A stretch of DNA of 21,209 nt. Origin: Candidatus Methylomirabilis limnetica (lineage in GTDB: Bacteria; Methylomirabilota; Methylomirabilia; Methylomirabilales; Methylomirabilaceae). The stretch is from positions 1 through 21,209 of the forward strand of contig NZ_NVQC01000003.1 of assembly GCF_003044035.1 (NCBI RefSeq). Reading direction: 5' to 3'. The translations under genes and the position numbers were made by a program. Within the stretch, counting starts at the first letter, position 1; each line of letters opens with the position of its first letter. The notes under the pieces were generated by a model. It was not told where the DNA came from. It saw nothing but the letters and a program-made list of their open reading frames with translations, and ran no database searches. Positions 8,110 through 15,576 of this stretch are shown here, piece after piece.

Positions 8110-8364
8110 TTACTGTAGCTTGCCGAATTCTTTCAGAGTAGAGGCGACTACTAAGGTTTCAGATGTGAATAGGTCTGATCCAGCCATATGCTTCATGATT
8201 TTGTTTGCTGCATCTATATCCTTGGCTTCCCATTCGAAAACCAGATCATATTGGCCATAGGTGACATAAGCGGACTTCATCCCCTCGTAACAGGCGGCAG
8301 GAAGATCGTTTTCCAGCTTGGACCAAGCCCCTGGTCTTACCTTGGCTAATGTGAGGAACTTCAT
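8110..8364 (-). CDS. GYD-domain protein
   Basis: 84 aa. YVTYGQYDLVFEWEAKDIDAANKI...TSETLVVASTLKEF fits the GYD-family pattern (GxYD ... EA.D..A ... T.TL). Its ATG overlaps the stop of the upstream gene (ATGA at 8361-8364). Confidence 0.65.
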   Translation of the reverse strand: MKFLTLAKVRPGAWSKLENDLPAACYEGMKSAYVTYGQYDLVFEWEAKDIDAANKIMKHMAGSDLFTSETLVVASTLKEFGKLQ

Positions 8365-8855
8365 GATTGGCTACCCTCCCTTATTCGACTATGGACGGTG
8401 AGGTTCGTGTGGCTGGCGTTGTCGCTCGACGGGATTACTCGTAGAGCCTCCCCGAACTGGATAATCCGGCCTTGGAGGATTGAGTAGTGGCGGTACCTCC
8501 CAGGCATGTGCGAACTCACCGAGGCGATCGCCACGACCAGCAAAAGAAGGGGCAGGCGATAATCCCAGGCATAAGGAACAGCCAGGAGAACCAGCAGTTT
8601 GATGAGTACCGCTGCACCTTTGCCCATGAAGAGCCAGTGCAGTCCGATAGTAGAGATCTCCAGCACCATCAGACCAATACCGCTCGCGATCGTCATGTAC
8701 AGGGCCGGCAGCAAACGGTCTGCGTCGATCGCGAACGTATGCCCCCCCAGCAGGATGCCGAAGCCCACCAGATGTAGGGTTCGTAGCAGAAGCGACAGAC
8801 CCCGCTTTCGCGAATAGCCCTGCGCCATCTTCGCAGTGTCTGTCAGTTGTAGCAT
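8361..8855 (-). CDS. hypothetical integral membrane protein (about 4 TM helices)
   Basis: 164 aa. ATG at 8855 with GGAG about 10 nt upstream. Hydrophobic helices LHLVGFGILLGG, ALYMTIASGIGLMVLEI, AAVLIKLLVLLAV and LPLLLLVVAIASV. It lies 32 nt downstream of the porin gene and is translationally coupled to the GYD gene. Confidence 0.6.
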   Translation of the reverse strand: MLQLTDTAKMAQGYSRKRGLSLLLRTLHLVGFGILLGGHTFAIDADRLLPALYMTIASGIGLMVLEISTIGLHWLFMGKGAAVLIKLLVLLAVPYAWDYRLPLLLLVVAIASVSSHMPGRYRHYSILQGRIIQFGEALRVIPSSDNASHTNLTVHSRIREGSQS

Positions 8856-8887
8856 CTGGTGAGCTCCGGCTGAAGCCTGCCATCAAT

Positions 8888-10384
8888 TTAGAACTTAACC
8901 ATCAACTCAGCGATCCCTTGCTGAGCAACGTTGCTGCCGTGGCTATTGCTCATTCCGACTTGATTCCGGTTGGGGCTGAGGTCGGTCACAATGTAGTTAC
9001 CCCGCACCCAGACGCTGGGGTTGACATACCAAGTCAGACCGAGGGTGCCAGACTGCATCTCCAGTGTCTGCTCGGTGGCCGCGCCAGTCGTGGCAGAATT
9101 AAAGGTGCCCTCACTGTCGTCGACGCGCAGGAACTCGTAGCGCGTGTTGGCCAGCAGGCCATTGCGCTTATTGCCGAAGATCCAGTAGCCGATCGTCCCA
9201 TACGTACCCTGCATGGTGAGGTCGTCTAGATCCGAGCCGCCAACACCCAAGCCATTACGTCTCTGGGAGGCGTAATGGTACTCACCCTTGAGAATAAACG
9301 GGTACCAGTCGAACACGAAGTCGACGCCGCCAGTGTTCCGGTCCCCGTTGATCAGGAAGCCGTTCTGGAGGCCGTTACCGTTACCGGCTAGCGTGACGCC
9401 GGTTGGACCAATCGGATTAAACCGGTGAGCCGTCGAGGCGCCACCTACGGGCGACGTCACCAGGTCGCGAGCGCCATTACCTCTCACGATGTCGAAGTTA
9501 CGGTGATCGGCATTCAGGCCGATGGTGAGATTCCCGATGGGCATCGGGGGTGAAAAGGCAAATCGACCGGTGTACTCCTTGTCGCCGTCGTTGTCGGTGG
9601 CGCACTGATCGACCCGGCCGCAGCCATTAAAGATTCCCAATCCATAGTAGACGGGTAGTACGTTGGCGAGTTTCAGATTGCCCGAGACCATGAGACCCAT
9701 CTGCAGGTCCGGGGCAAGCGCCCTGACGACGACCGCCCGCTCGGCGAAGTCCAGGTCTTGAGAGGCCGTTGCCATCTCGAGGCTGTACATGTCCCTGAAC
9801 TGACCGACCTTCACCTTGGCCCACGGGGCATACGTGTAGGTGGCGAAGGCTGCTTCGAGCCGCGTGCCCTGTCCGCCGCTCACGAGCTCCGGCTCGATGT
9901 GGAAGCCGAAGTCCTTGTAGATCGTGCCGCTCAAGATGATCCGGGCACGGCGCATCTTAAAGGTACTCGCGTCGTGCCGTGCATTTCCTGATGCCACTGA
10001 TCCAGCGGGGAAATGTTCATCCTCTTTTGACCCTTCAACCTGCATCCAGTTCTGGACATACCCGCTCAGGTTCAGTCGGAACTGGTCGTCGGCTGACTTC
10101 AGGAAGAACCCCTTCCCGGGCTCATACCCGGTGAGCAGTGACGAGGCCGCGGCCGCCTGGGCCTTCTGCTCCACCTCCATTACGCGCCTGCTCATCTCGT
10201 CCTGTTGCGCGGTCCGGTCTTGCCGTAGACGGTGCATCTCCTGCTGCAACTGCTGTAGCGACTTCTGCTGTGTCTCAAATGCCTGCTCGAGCTCCGTGAG
10301 CTTGTCGGCCCACGCCCCCACCGGGGCGAGCAGTAAGGCACTGCCCAGGACGACACCGCGGACCCACCACTTTCTTTGATCCAT
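8888..10384 (-). CDS. outer-membrane porin, phosphate-selective porin O/P-like, with an N-terminal coiled coil
   Basis: 498 aa. SD GGGGGAG precedes the ATG at 10384. Signal peptide ...LLLAPVGAWA, then a heptad-like segment LTELEQAFETQQKSLQQLQQEMHRLRQ. FRLNLSGYVQ and FKMRRARIILSG resemble the porin O/P family. Alternating beta-strand pattern and a C-terminal ...AELMVKF. Confidence 0.75.
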   Translation of the reverse strand: MDQRKWWVRGVVLGSALLLAPVGAWADKLTELEQAFETQQKSLQQLQQEMHRLRQDRTAQQDEMSRRVMEVEQKAQAAAASSLLTGYEPGKGFFLKSADDQFRLNLSGYVQNWMQVEGSKEDEHFPAGSVASGNARHDASTFKMRRARIILSGTIYKDFGFHIEPELVSGGQGTRLEAAFATYTYAPWAKVKVGQFRDMYSLEMATASQDLDFAERAVVVRALAPDLQMGLMVSGNLKLANVLPVYYGLGIFNGCGRVDQCATDNDGDKEYTGRFAFSPPMPIGNLTIGLNADHRNFDIVRGNGARDLVTSPVGGASTAHRFNPIGPTGVTLAGNGNGLQNGFLINGDRNTGGVDFVFDWYPFILKGEYHYASQRRNGLGVGGSDLDDLTMQGTYGTIGYWIFGNKRNGLLANTRYEFLRVDDSEGTFNSATTGAATEQTLEMQSGTLGLTWYVNPSVWVRGNYIVTDLSPNRNQVGMSNSHGSNVAQQGIAELMVKF

Positions 10385-11107
10385 GACTCCCCCTCTGCGT
10401 TTTAAGGTTAATCACCGCACTCCCAAATTCGGAGCGCTTTACCGGTGCGGGGCGCTGCGCTGACCCCGCCCTGAACACGCCATCCCACGCCGAGTAAACG
10501 TGAGCTACAGGCCCTCCAGCGGGAGCTGTCGGATGGTAAGTAACTCCCGCTGCGTAGCGGCGACAATATCGCTCAGCTTGAGCCCTCTGTCAAGGATTTT
10601 CTTCAGCCGCATGGATGGCACGTTTCGGTTGAAGACGATCGGCGGTAATGGCAGTGTGCGCGCAGGGCGGCACGCCCACTTACGGGATGGCCGCATGCGG
10701 ATGAACGCGAAGAGACGAGATGCTTCAGACCATTGAGTCCACAGGGGGTTCATTTTAGACGCCAGAGGGCGCCATCCGACTCCTGTATCAGCGCCGGTTA
10801 CCGGCGGAGGAGGTGCAGGCCGAGTGTCGCGATGTGGCGGCCGTGGCGCATGCGATCCGGACTAAGCAGATCCACTATCGAGATCAGTGCGGCAGCACGC
10901 ACGGTGCAAGCCAGGGATAACGGATGACGCGTGAGGGAACTCCGCGGTGAGCGTAACTAACCGCACGCTGATACTGGGCGGGACCGGGAGTACCGCCGCC
11001 CCTGTAAGGCCGTGGAGCTTGTACAGGCACTTATCGCGGCGGGGCCGGGTTCGGGTCGAGGACTGAGGGCGCGGATTGGTCCTCTATTGTTCGTACCCTT
11101 TTTCAGC

Positions 11108-11136
11108 TTGACAGGTATTACTGATGACTGTACATT
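11108..11136 (+). promoter_or_regulatory. candidate sigma-70 promoter placed to give a leaderless mRNA for the PAS-LuxR regulator
   Basis: TTGACA (11108-11113), a 17-nt spacer, then TACATT (11131-11136). The ATG at 11143 lies 7 nt after the -10 hexamer, and no SD is visible. Confidence 0.4.
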
Positions 11137-11142
11137 TGCGTC

Positions 11143-12030
11143 ATGGCGCACCCAGGCACCGGATCGAAACGGTTGGCGCGGACCCGGCGGACGGATCGTC
11201 GGCAGGAGACCGGAGTTCGTGCAGGTGATGCGGTCACCCCCCGTGTCGACGAGGAAGGCGAGCATCGGTCTGTCGTTGATAAAAAAGCCTCGCAAGACGA
11301 GCCAGGAGGCACACAGCCTGCGGAATCACTGAGGGCTGCCTTCAGGCTTTTCGAGGAGACGGCCGATGGGGTATTTATCAGTTCACCGTCGGGTGAGATT
11401 CTGTTCTGCAACCGGGCCGCTGAAACCATCCTGGAAGCTTCCGCGCAACAAGTCGTCGGGCAGGAGTGCCGCGAATTCTTCAACGGCCGTGACGCTAACG
11501 GTAATCAGCTCTGTCAGTGGCCTTGCCCCCTCAAGATGTCGTTGAACCGCGGAGACCTGATCCAGCATTTTGAGATGGCTACTCGGACGAGGACGGGCAA
11601 ACCGCTGTGGATCGATGTGAGCTGTGTTGCCCTTCCCTGTGACGACAACCAGCCTCCGACGGTCGCCCACCTCTTCCGTGATGTCACTGCGGCACACCAG
11701 CTTGAGGTTCTCGTTCGCCAACAACTGGCTCAGACTCAACTCGCGACGAGCGAGGATGTTCTGCCCCCCATCGTTGAACTGACTCGGCGGGAACTGCAGG
11801 TCGTCACCCTGATGCGGACTGGCGCAACCACGGCGGCCATCGCGGAGCAGCTTTTCATCAGTAAAACTACGGTGAGAAACCACATCCAGAACATCTTCAG
11901 CAAGCTCAAGGTTCATTCTCGGCTGGAGGTCGTGGCCTACGTGAATGAGATTACGCGGCGAGAGCCCACGACTCGCGAAAAGGCTGGACCGGCGCCGGGA
12001 GCCACGAAGGAACCCCCCAAGGCAGCGTGA
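11143..12030 (+). CDS. PAS-domain / LuxR-type (GerE) HTH one-component transcriptional regulator
   Basis: 295 aa. The PAS-like core runs from FEETADGVFISSPSGEILFCNRAAETIL to LFRDVTAAHQLE. The C-terminal LuxR HTH is LTRRELQVVTLMRTGATTAAIAEQLFISKTTVRNHIQNIFSKLKVHSRLE. The start codon is uncertain because the N-terminal ~55 aa are low-complexity and basic. Confidence 0.85.
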   Translation: MAHPGTGSKRLARTRRTDRRQETGVRAGDAVTPRVDEEGEHRSVVDKKASQDEPGGTQPAESLRAAFRLFEETADGVFISSPSGEILFCNRAAETILEASAQQVVGQECREFFNGRDANGNQLCQWPCPLKMSLNRGDLIQHFEMATRTRTGKPLWIDVSCVALPCDDNQPPTVAHLFRDVTAAHQLEVLVRQQLAQTQLATSEDVLPPIVELTRRELQVVTLMRTGATTAAIAEQLFISKTTVRNHIQNIFSKLKVHSRLEVVAYVNEITRREPTTREKAGPAPGATKEPPKAA

Positions 12031-12074
12031 TAGCCGTGATCAAATTGATTAAGTCAACCGCTGAAGCTGCGGAC

Positions 12075-12180
12075 CCGGGGAAGGTAAAATCGTTTAGTGT
12101 GATGAATATGCATCACAAGATTGAGTTAATTGCATGATTTATGGGTCCAACTGGAAAAGCGTATATACGAGATTGTATTG
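12075..12180 (+). repeat. nod promoter/operator module, distal copy (a)
   Basis: About 105 nt, directly repeated at 12217-12320 with a period of about 142 nt. Contains the palindrome TGTGATGAATATGCATCACA (12098-12117) and a weaker promoter-like ATTTAT-N19-TATATA. Confidence 0.65.
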
Positions 12181-12216
12181 GCGTGATCGACTGGGTTGAC
12201 CGTTGGAGCTGTAGCC

Positions 12217-12320
12217 TCGGGGGAGGTAGAATCGTTTAGCGTGATGAATATGCATCGCAATATTGAGTCAATTGCATTATTTACAAGTCCCATAGGGCTA
12301 GTATATTAAGGTATTGTGGG
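12217..12320 (+). promoter_or_regulatory. nod promoter/operator module, proximal copy (b), with a candidate sigma-70 promoter for the first nod gene
   Basis: Operator GATGAA-TA-TGCATC (12243-12256). -35 TTTACA (12280-12285), a 16-nt spacer, and -10 TATATT (12302-12307). The predicted start near 12314 implies a leader of about 230 nt. Confidence 0.45.
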
Positions 12321-12545
12321 ATCGGAACTTAAGCGTCGCAAGTTGATTTGATTACAGGCGTTACACGGGCTACCGGGGGTCGCAGCATCGCCACAGAGGC
12401 GATCTTCCCCATGAACCTTACGATAACGAAGGGAGGTGAGTCGGCAAGCAGAGAATAAGTAGCGCAACGGGGCACCGACTGGATGGATCGCAACGACAAC
12501 AGGAGAGTGGCCACCTACGTTATAGGGAGAGCCACAGGAGGAAAC

Positions 12546-14978
12546 ATGAGTCCTAATCCTAACGAAGCTGTCAGCAAGGCGAAGATGCACAGGACCTTCG
12601 CACAGGCCCTATTAATTAAGAAGTATTGGTGGCTTCATGCTTTGATCGTTACGGCAATCAGCGTCATCGGTCTCATTGCTCTCGGCGTCTGGACCTACGC
12701 GGGCGCTCCCCCGCTGGTGAATTTTGTGTCGTCCACTACTGGGGAGGTTGTAATCCCGGAGTGGGAAATGAATCGTGGGAAGCAAGTGTTTTTCCTGAAG
12801 GGCCTGATGACGTATGGCTCCTTCTGGGGGGACGGAGCCGAGCGCGGACCTGATTTCACCGCTGAGGCCCTCCACCGCACGTCCCTCTCTATGGGCACGC
12901 ACTATAGAAATGAGATCGCGAAGACACGGGCTGTGACCCAAGACGACGAGGACATGATCAAGACGAGGGTGGCACGAGAGATCCATACGAACCTGTATGA
13001 CTCGGCGGCTGGCGTCATTCGTCTTAACGATGCCCAGATTTTTGCGTATCATGAGTTGAACACTCACTACACCCGGATGTTTACGGATCGAACCTACGTA
13101 GAAGCATTCCAGAATGGCAGAATTGAGAGCTACATCAAAAACCCAGCAGACATCAAGGCCTTGACGGGCTTCTTCTTCTGGGGCGGCTGGGTTTCCGGGG
13201 CGAATCGACCGGGTGAGGTCTACAGCTACACCCACAACTGGCCATACGATCCAGCGGTGGGTAACTTCCCGACGTACGCGACGTATATCTGGAGCTTCCT
13301 TTCGATCTTCGTGCTGTTCCTTGGCACCATGCTCGTCCTGTACGTTTACGGGGAAATGAAGACCCTGCCAGGCGAGCCGTTCAATGGGCGGGATTGGTCG
13401 CTGACCACGGTTGACCTTGAAAACAAGGGCGACGCCTATGTTCGTCCCACCCAGCGTGCGACGTATAAGTTCTTTGCTTTTGCCGTGATCCTGTTCCTGG
13501 TCCAGATCCTGGCAGGTATCATCAGCGCAGAAGATTTCATTGGTGGTGGGCCGGTTGATGCGATGTTGGGCATGGTTGGGCTCACCATCCCCTTTAGCGT
13601 TGCCAGAGGCTGGCATCTTATCGTCCAGATCTACTGGTTCTTTATGGCCTGGGTTGGCTACACCATCTTCTTCCTGCCCAGGATTTCGAAGGTCCCGAAC
13701 GGACAGAGGTTCCTGATCAACCTGCTCTTTACCCTGTGTGTTATCGTCGGGGCAGGCGCTCTGTTTGGTATCTATCTCGGACATACGGGCTTTTTTGCCA
13801 ATGACGAGATGGCCTACTGGTTCGGGAGTCAGGGTTGGGAGTTCCTGGAGCTCGGGCGATTCTGGCATGTTCTCATGCTGATCTCGTTCTGTCTCTGGGT
13901 CTTCATCATCTTCCGCGCCGTGAAGCCGTGGCTCACGAGCCAGAATATGTGGTCCGTACCGGCTTGGCTGTTCTACGGCAGCGCGATCATGGTGCTGTTC
14001 CTGTTCTTCGGGATGTTTATGACCCCTCAGCAGAACTTCGCCATCTCCGACTATTGGCGGTGGATGAACATCCACATGTGGGTTGAGGTAACCTTCGAAG
14101 TCTTCACCACCTGTATCGTTGGGTACATGCTGGTGCAGATGGGTCTGGTGAACCGGGCCATGGCCGAGCGGGTGATCTTCCTGGCGGTCATGATGTTCCT
14201 CGTCACCGCCCTGATCGGTATCTCTCACAACTTCTACTGGATCGCCAAGCCAACAGGGATCATTGCACTGGGCAGCGTCTTCTCCACCATGCAGGTGTTG
14301 CCTCTGCTCTTGATCACCCTGGATGCCTGGAAGATGCGGACGGAGCGGGTCAAGGCCCATGAGGCTGTTGCCGAGGGCAAGCAGCGCTTCGTGATGGACG
14401 GCGTTTGGACGTTCATCCTTGCCGTCAACTTCTGGAACATCTTCGGCGCAGGCGTGATGGGCTCAATGATCAACCTGCCCATCATCAACTACTATGAGCA
14501 TGGCACCTACGTCACCAGCAACCATGCCCATGGCGCCATGTTCGGCGTCAAAGGCAACATCGCAATTGGCGGTATGCTGTTTGCCTGCCAGCACCTGTTC
14601 CAGCGCTCTGCCTGGAATGAGAAGCTGATCAAGACCGTGTTCTGGTCGCTGCAGATCGGCTTGGTAATGATGATGATGATGGATATGTTCCCAGTCGGTC
14701 TGTATCAGGTTGCGGCCATCATCCAGCACGGCTTCTGGTATGGTCGGCAGCAGTCGTTCATTACGAATGAAGTGTGGCACACCCTGACCTTGCTGCGCGC
14801 GATCGGTGGGGCGGTATTCCTCTTCGGAGGCGTCTTGCCGCTTACGTGGTTCATTCTGTCCAGGGGGACCCGGATGGTCCGCGAGGCCGCCACAGTTGAG
14901 GAAGGCGAGTGGACAATCTACGATAAGGAGAAGGCGAAGGAGCGGGAAGCTTGGGCCGCTTCTGACGAAGCTTTCTAG
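12546..14978 (+). CDS. nod: qNor-family haem-copper oxidase with substituted catalytic and quinol sites; putative nitric oxide dismutase, copy 1
   Basis: ATG at 12546 after AGGAGGA (12536-12542); the ORF-track start at 12483 has no SD. 810 aa. N-terminal TM helix plus a periplasmic domain without CXXCH, carrying YGSFWGDGAERGPDFTAEALH, followed by the NorB core. NIHMWVEVTFE and NHAHGAMFG are retained. GISHNFYW replaces GHH(Y/F)(Y/F)W, and FSTMQVLPL replaces FSxLE.xP. Confidence 0.88.
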   Translation: MSPNPNEAVSKAKMHRTFAQALLIKKYWWLHALIVTAISVIGLIALGVWTYAGAPPLVNFVSSTTGEVVIPEWEMNRGKQVFFLKGLMTYGSFWGDGAERGPDFTAEALHRTSLSMGTHYRNEIAKTRAVTQDDEDMIKTRVAREIHTNLYDSAAGVIRLNDAQIFAYHELNTHYTRMFTDRTYVEAFQNGRIESYIKNPADIKALTGFFFWGGWVSGANRPGEVYSYTHNWPYDPAVGNFPTYATYIWSFLSIFVLFLGTMLVLYVYGEMKTLPGEPFNGRDWSLTTVDLENKGDAYVRPTQRATYKFFAFAVILFLVQILAGIISAEDFIGGGPVDAMLGMVGLTIPFSVARGWHLIVQIYWFFMAWVGYTIFFLPRISKVPNGQRFLINLLFTLCVIVGAGALFGIYLGHTGFFANDEMAYWFGSQGWEFLELGRFWHVLMLISFCLWVFIIFRAVKPWLTSQNMWSVPAWLFYGSAIMVLFLFFGMFMTPQQNFAISDYWRWMNIHMWVEVTFEVFTTCIVGYMLVQMGLVNRAMAERVIFLAVMMFLVTALIGISHNFYWIAKPTGIIALGSVFSTMQVLPLLLITLDAWKMRTERVKAHEAVAEGKQRFVMDGVWTFILAVNFWNIFGAGVMGSMINLPIINYYEHGTYVTSNHAHGAMFGVKGNIAIGGMLFACQHLFQRSAWNEKLIKTVFWSLQIGLVMMMMMDMFPVGLYQVAAIIQHGFWYGRQQSFITNEVWHTLTLLRAIGGAVFLFGGVLPLTWFILSRGTRMVREAATVEEGEWTIYDKEKAKEREAWAASDEAF

Positions 14979-15013
14979 TCTGAGGATCTAGGTAGGTAAG
15001 TCACACTGCACTT

Positions 15014-15063
15014 CGATACCCCCCAGTACAGCAGAAATGCTGTGCTGGGGGGTATCGCTTTTC
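15014..15063 (+). terminator. strong intrinsic terminator of nod copy 1
   Basis: 20-bp stem, CGATACCCCCCAGTACAGCA with TGCTGTGCTGGGGGGTATCG (one G-U pair), a GAAA tetraloop, then CTTTTC. An identical copy lies at 18372-18421. Confidence 0.85.
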
Positions 15064-15210
15064 TGGCAGGTAGTTGCGCGTGCGAGGTGATGGCTTCGTT
15101 CCGAAAGGCGCTGGACAGACCACCAACGCGACCGTTTTTACCCCTTCCAGTCTCCGCCTCCACTCCCACATTCCGCCCACCCGGGCTACACTCCCCTCCA
15201 GCTCCACCCA

Positions 15211-15352
15211 CCCAAGAACAGCGATAGAAAATTGTCATTGCGAATGAAGTGAAGCAATCTCGCATTGTTGTACTGAGATTGCCGCGCACCCTGCGGGTAC
15301 TCGCAATGACGCAAGGAATCGCGTGGTTGCTAGGTCTAGCGCTGTTCTTGGG
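15211..15352. repeat. palindromic MITE/REP-like element, copy B (142 nt)
   Basis: Same element as 7625-7767, in the same orientation. Terminal inverted repeats CCCAAGAACAGCG and CGCTGTTCTTGGG are perfect over 13 nt. It lies in the spacer between the two nod units. Confidence 0.8.
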
Positions 15353-15576
15353 ATCCATCTGACGCTTGACACTAGGGGCCAGGCTTCTACTGCCTCAAAG
15401 CATAACGCCGACTCTCTGCTCTCGCTCAGCGATAGCGGCTCATTTCGGGGTGTTTATAGGTTACCAGAGTGGATGCACGGCTACTCCTCTACTGGTAGAC
15501 CTTTGACCCTTGTGTGACATCGAGGGGCTCACTCAGCAAGCGGGCGCTGAGGCCGTTCACTGACCAGAATCCGAGA

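Larger units (their letters stand above)
12485..15106 (+). repeat. segmental duplication unit 1 (leader end + nod + terminator + about 45 nt)
   Basis: Collinear with 15836-18461. It runs from GGATCGCAA(C/T)(G/A)ACA...GAGAGTGGCCACCTA through the CDS to ...TTCGTTCCGAAA. Confidence 0.85.

Noticed and set aside
10505-10753. An 82-aa minus-strand ORF (…PPIVFNRNVPSMRLKKILDRGLKLSDIVAATQRELLTIRQLPLEGL) considered as a mobile-element or toxin-antitoxin remnant
   Set aside because: I could not name a motif, there is no SD, and the neighbouring frames are interrupted. It is treated only as part of the unexplained 10385-11107 region.
12098-12117. Reading the nod operator palindromes as FNR/Dnr/NnrR or CRP boxes
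   Set aside because: FNR-type boxes are TTGAT-N4-ATCAA and CRP boxes are TGTGA-N6-TCACA. Here the outer half-sites are TGTGA-N10-TCACA and the best symmetric core is GATGCA-N2-TGCATC, so the spacing does not fit either family.
12612-14360. A 582-aa ORF on the minus strand opposite nod-1, with similar cases at 17092-17952(-), 995-1609(-), 6037-6771(+), 6203-6802(+) and 11383-11916(-)
   Set aside because: These are antisense frames of strongly supported genes. The products are low-complexity and rich in R, P, G, H and D, with no motifs and no SD. Long stop-free antisense frames are expected in GC-biased coding DNA.
14975-15358. ORFs 14975-15358(-), 7585-8040(-) and 18333-18875(-), which share peptide segments with each other
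   Set aside because: The shared peptides (VIASTRRVRGNLS...FTSFAMTIF and PARKAIPPSTAFLLYWGVSKCSVTYLPRSSD) are translations of the duplicated MITE-like repeat and of the duplicated nod terminator region. The similarity is DNA repeat identity, not a protein family.
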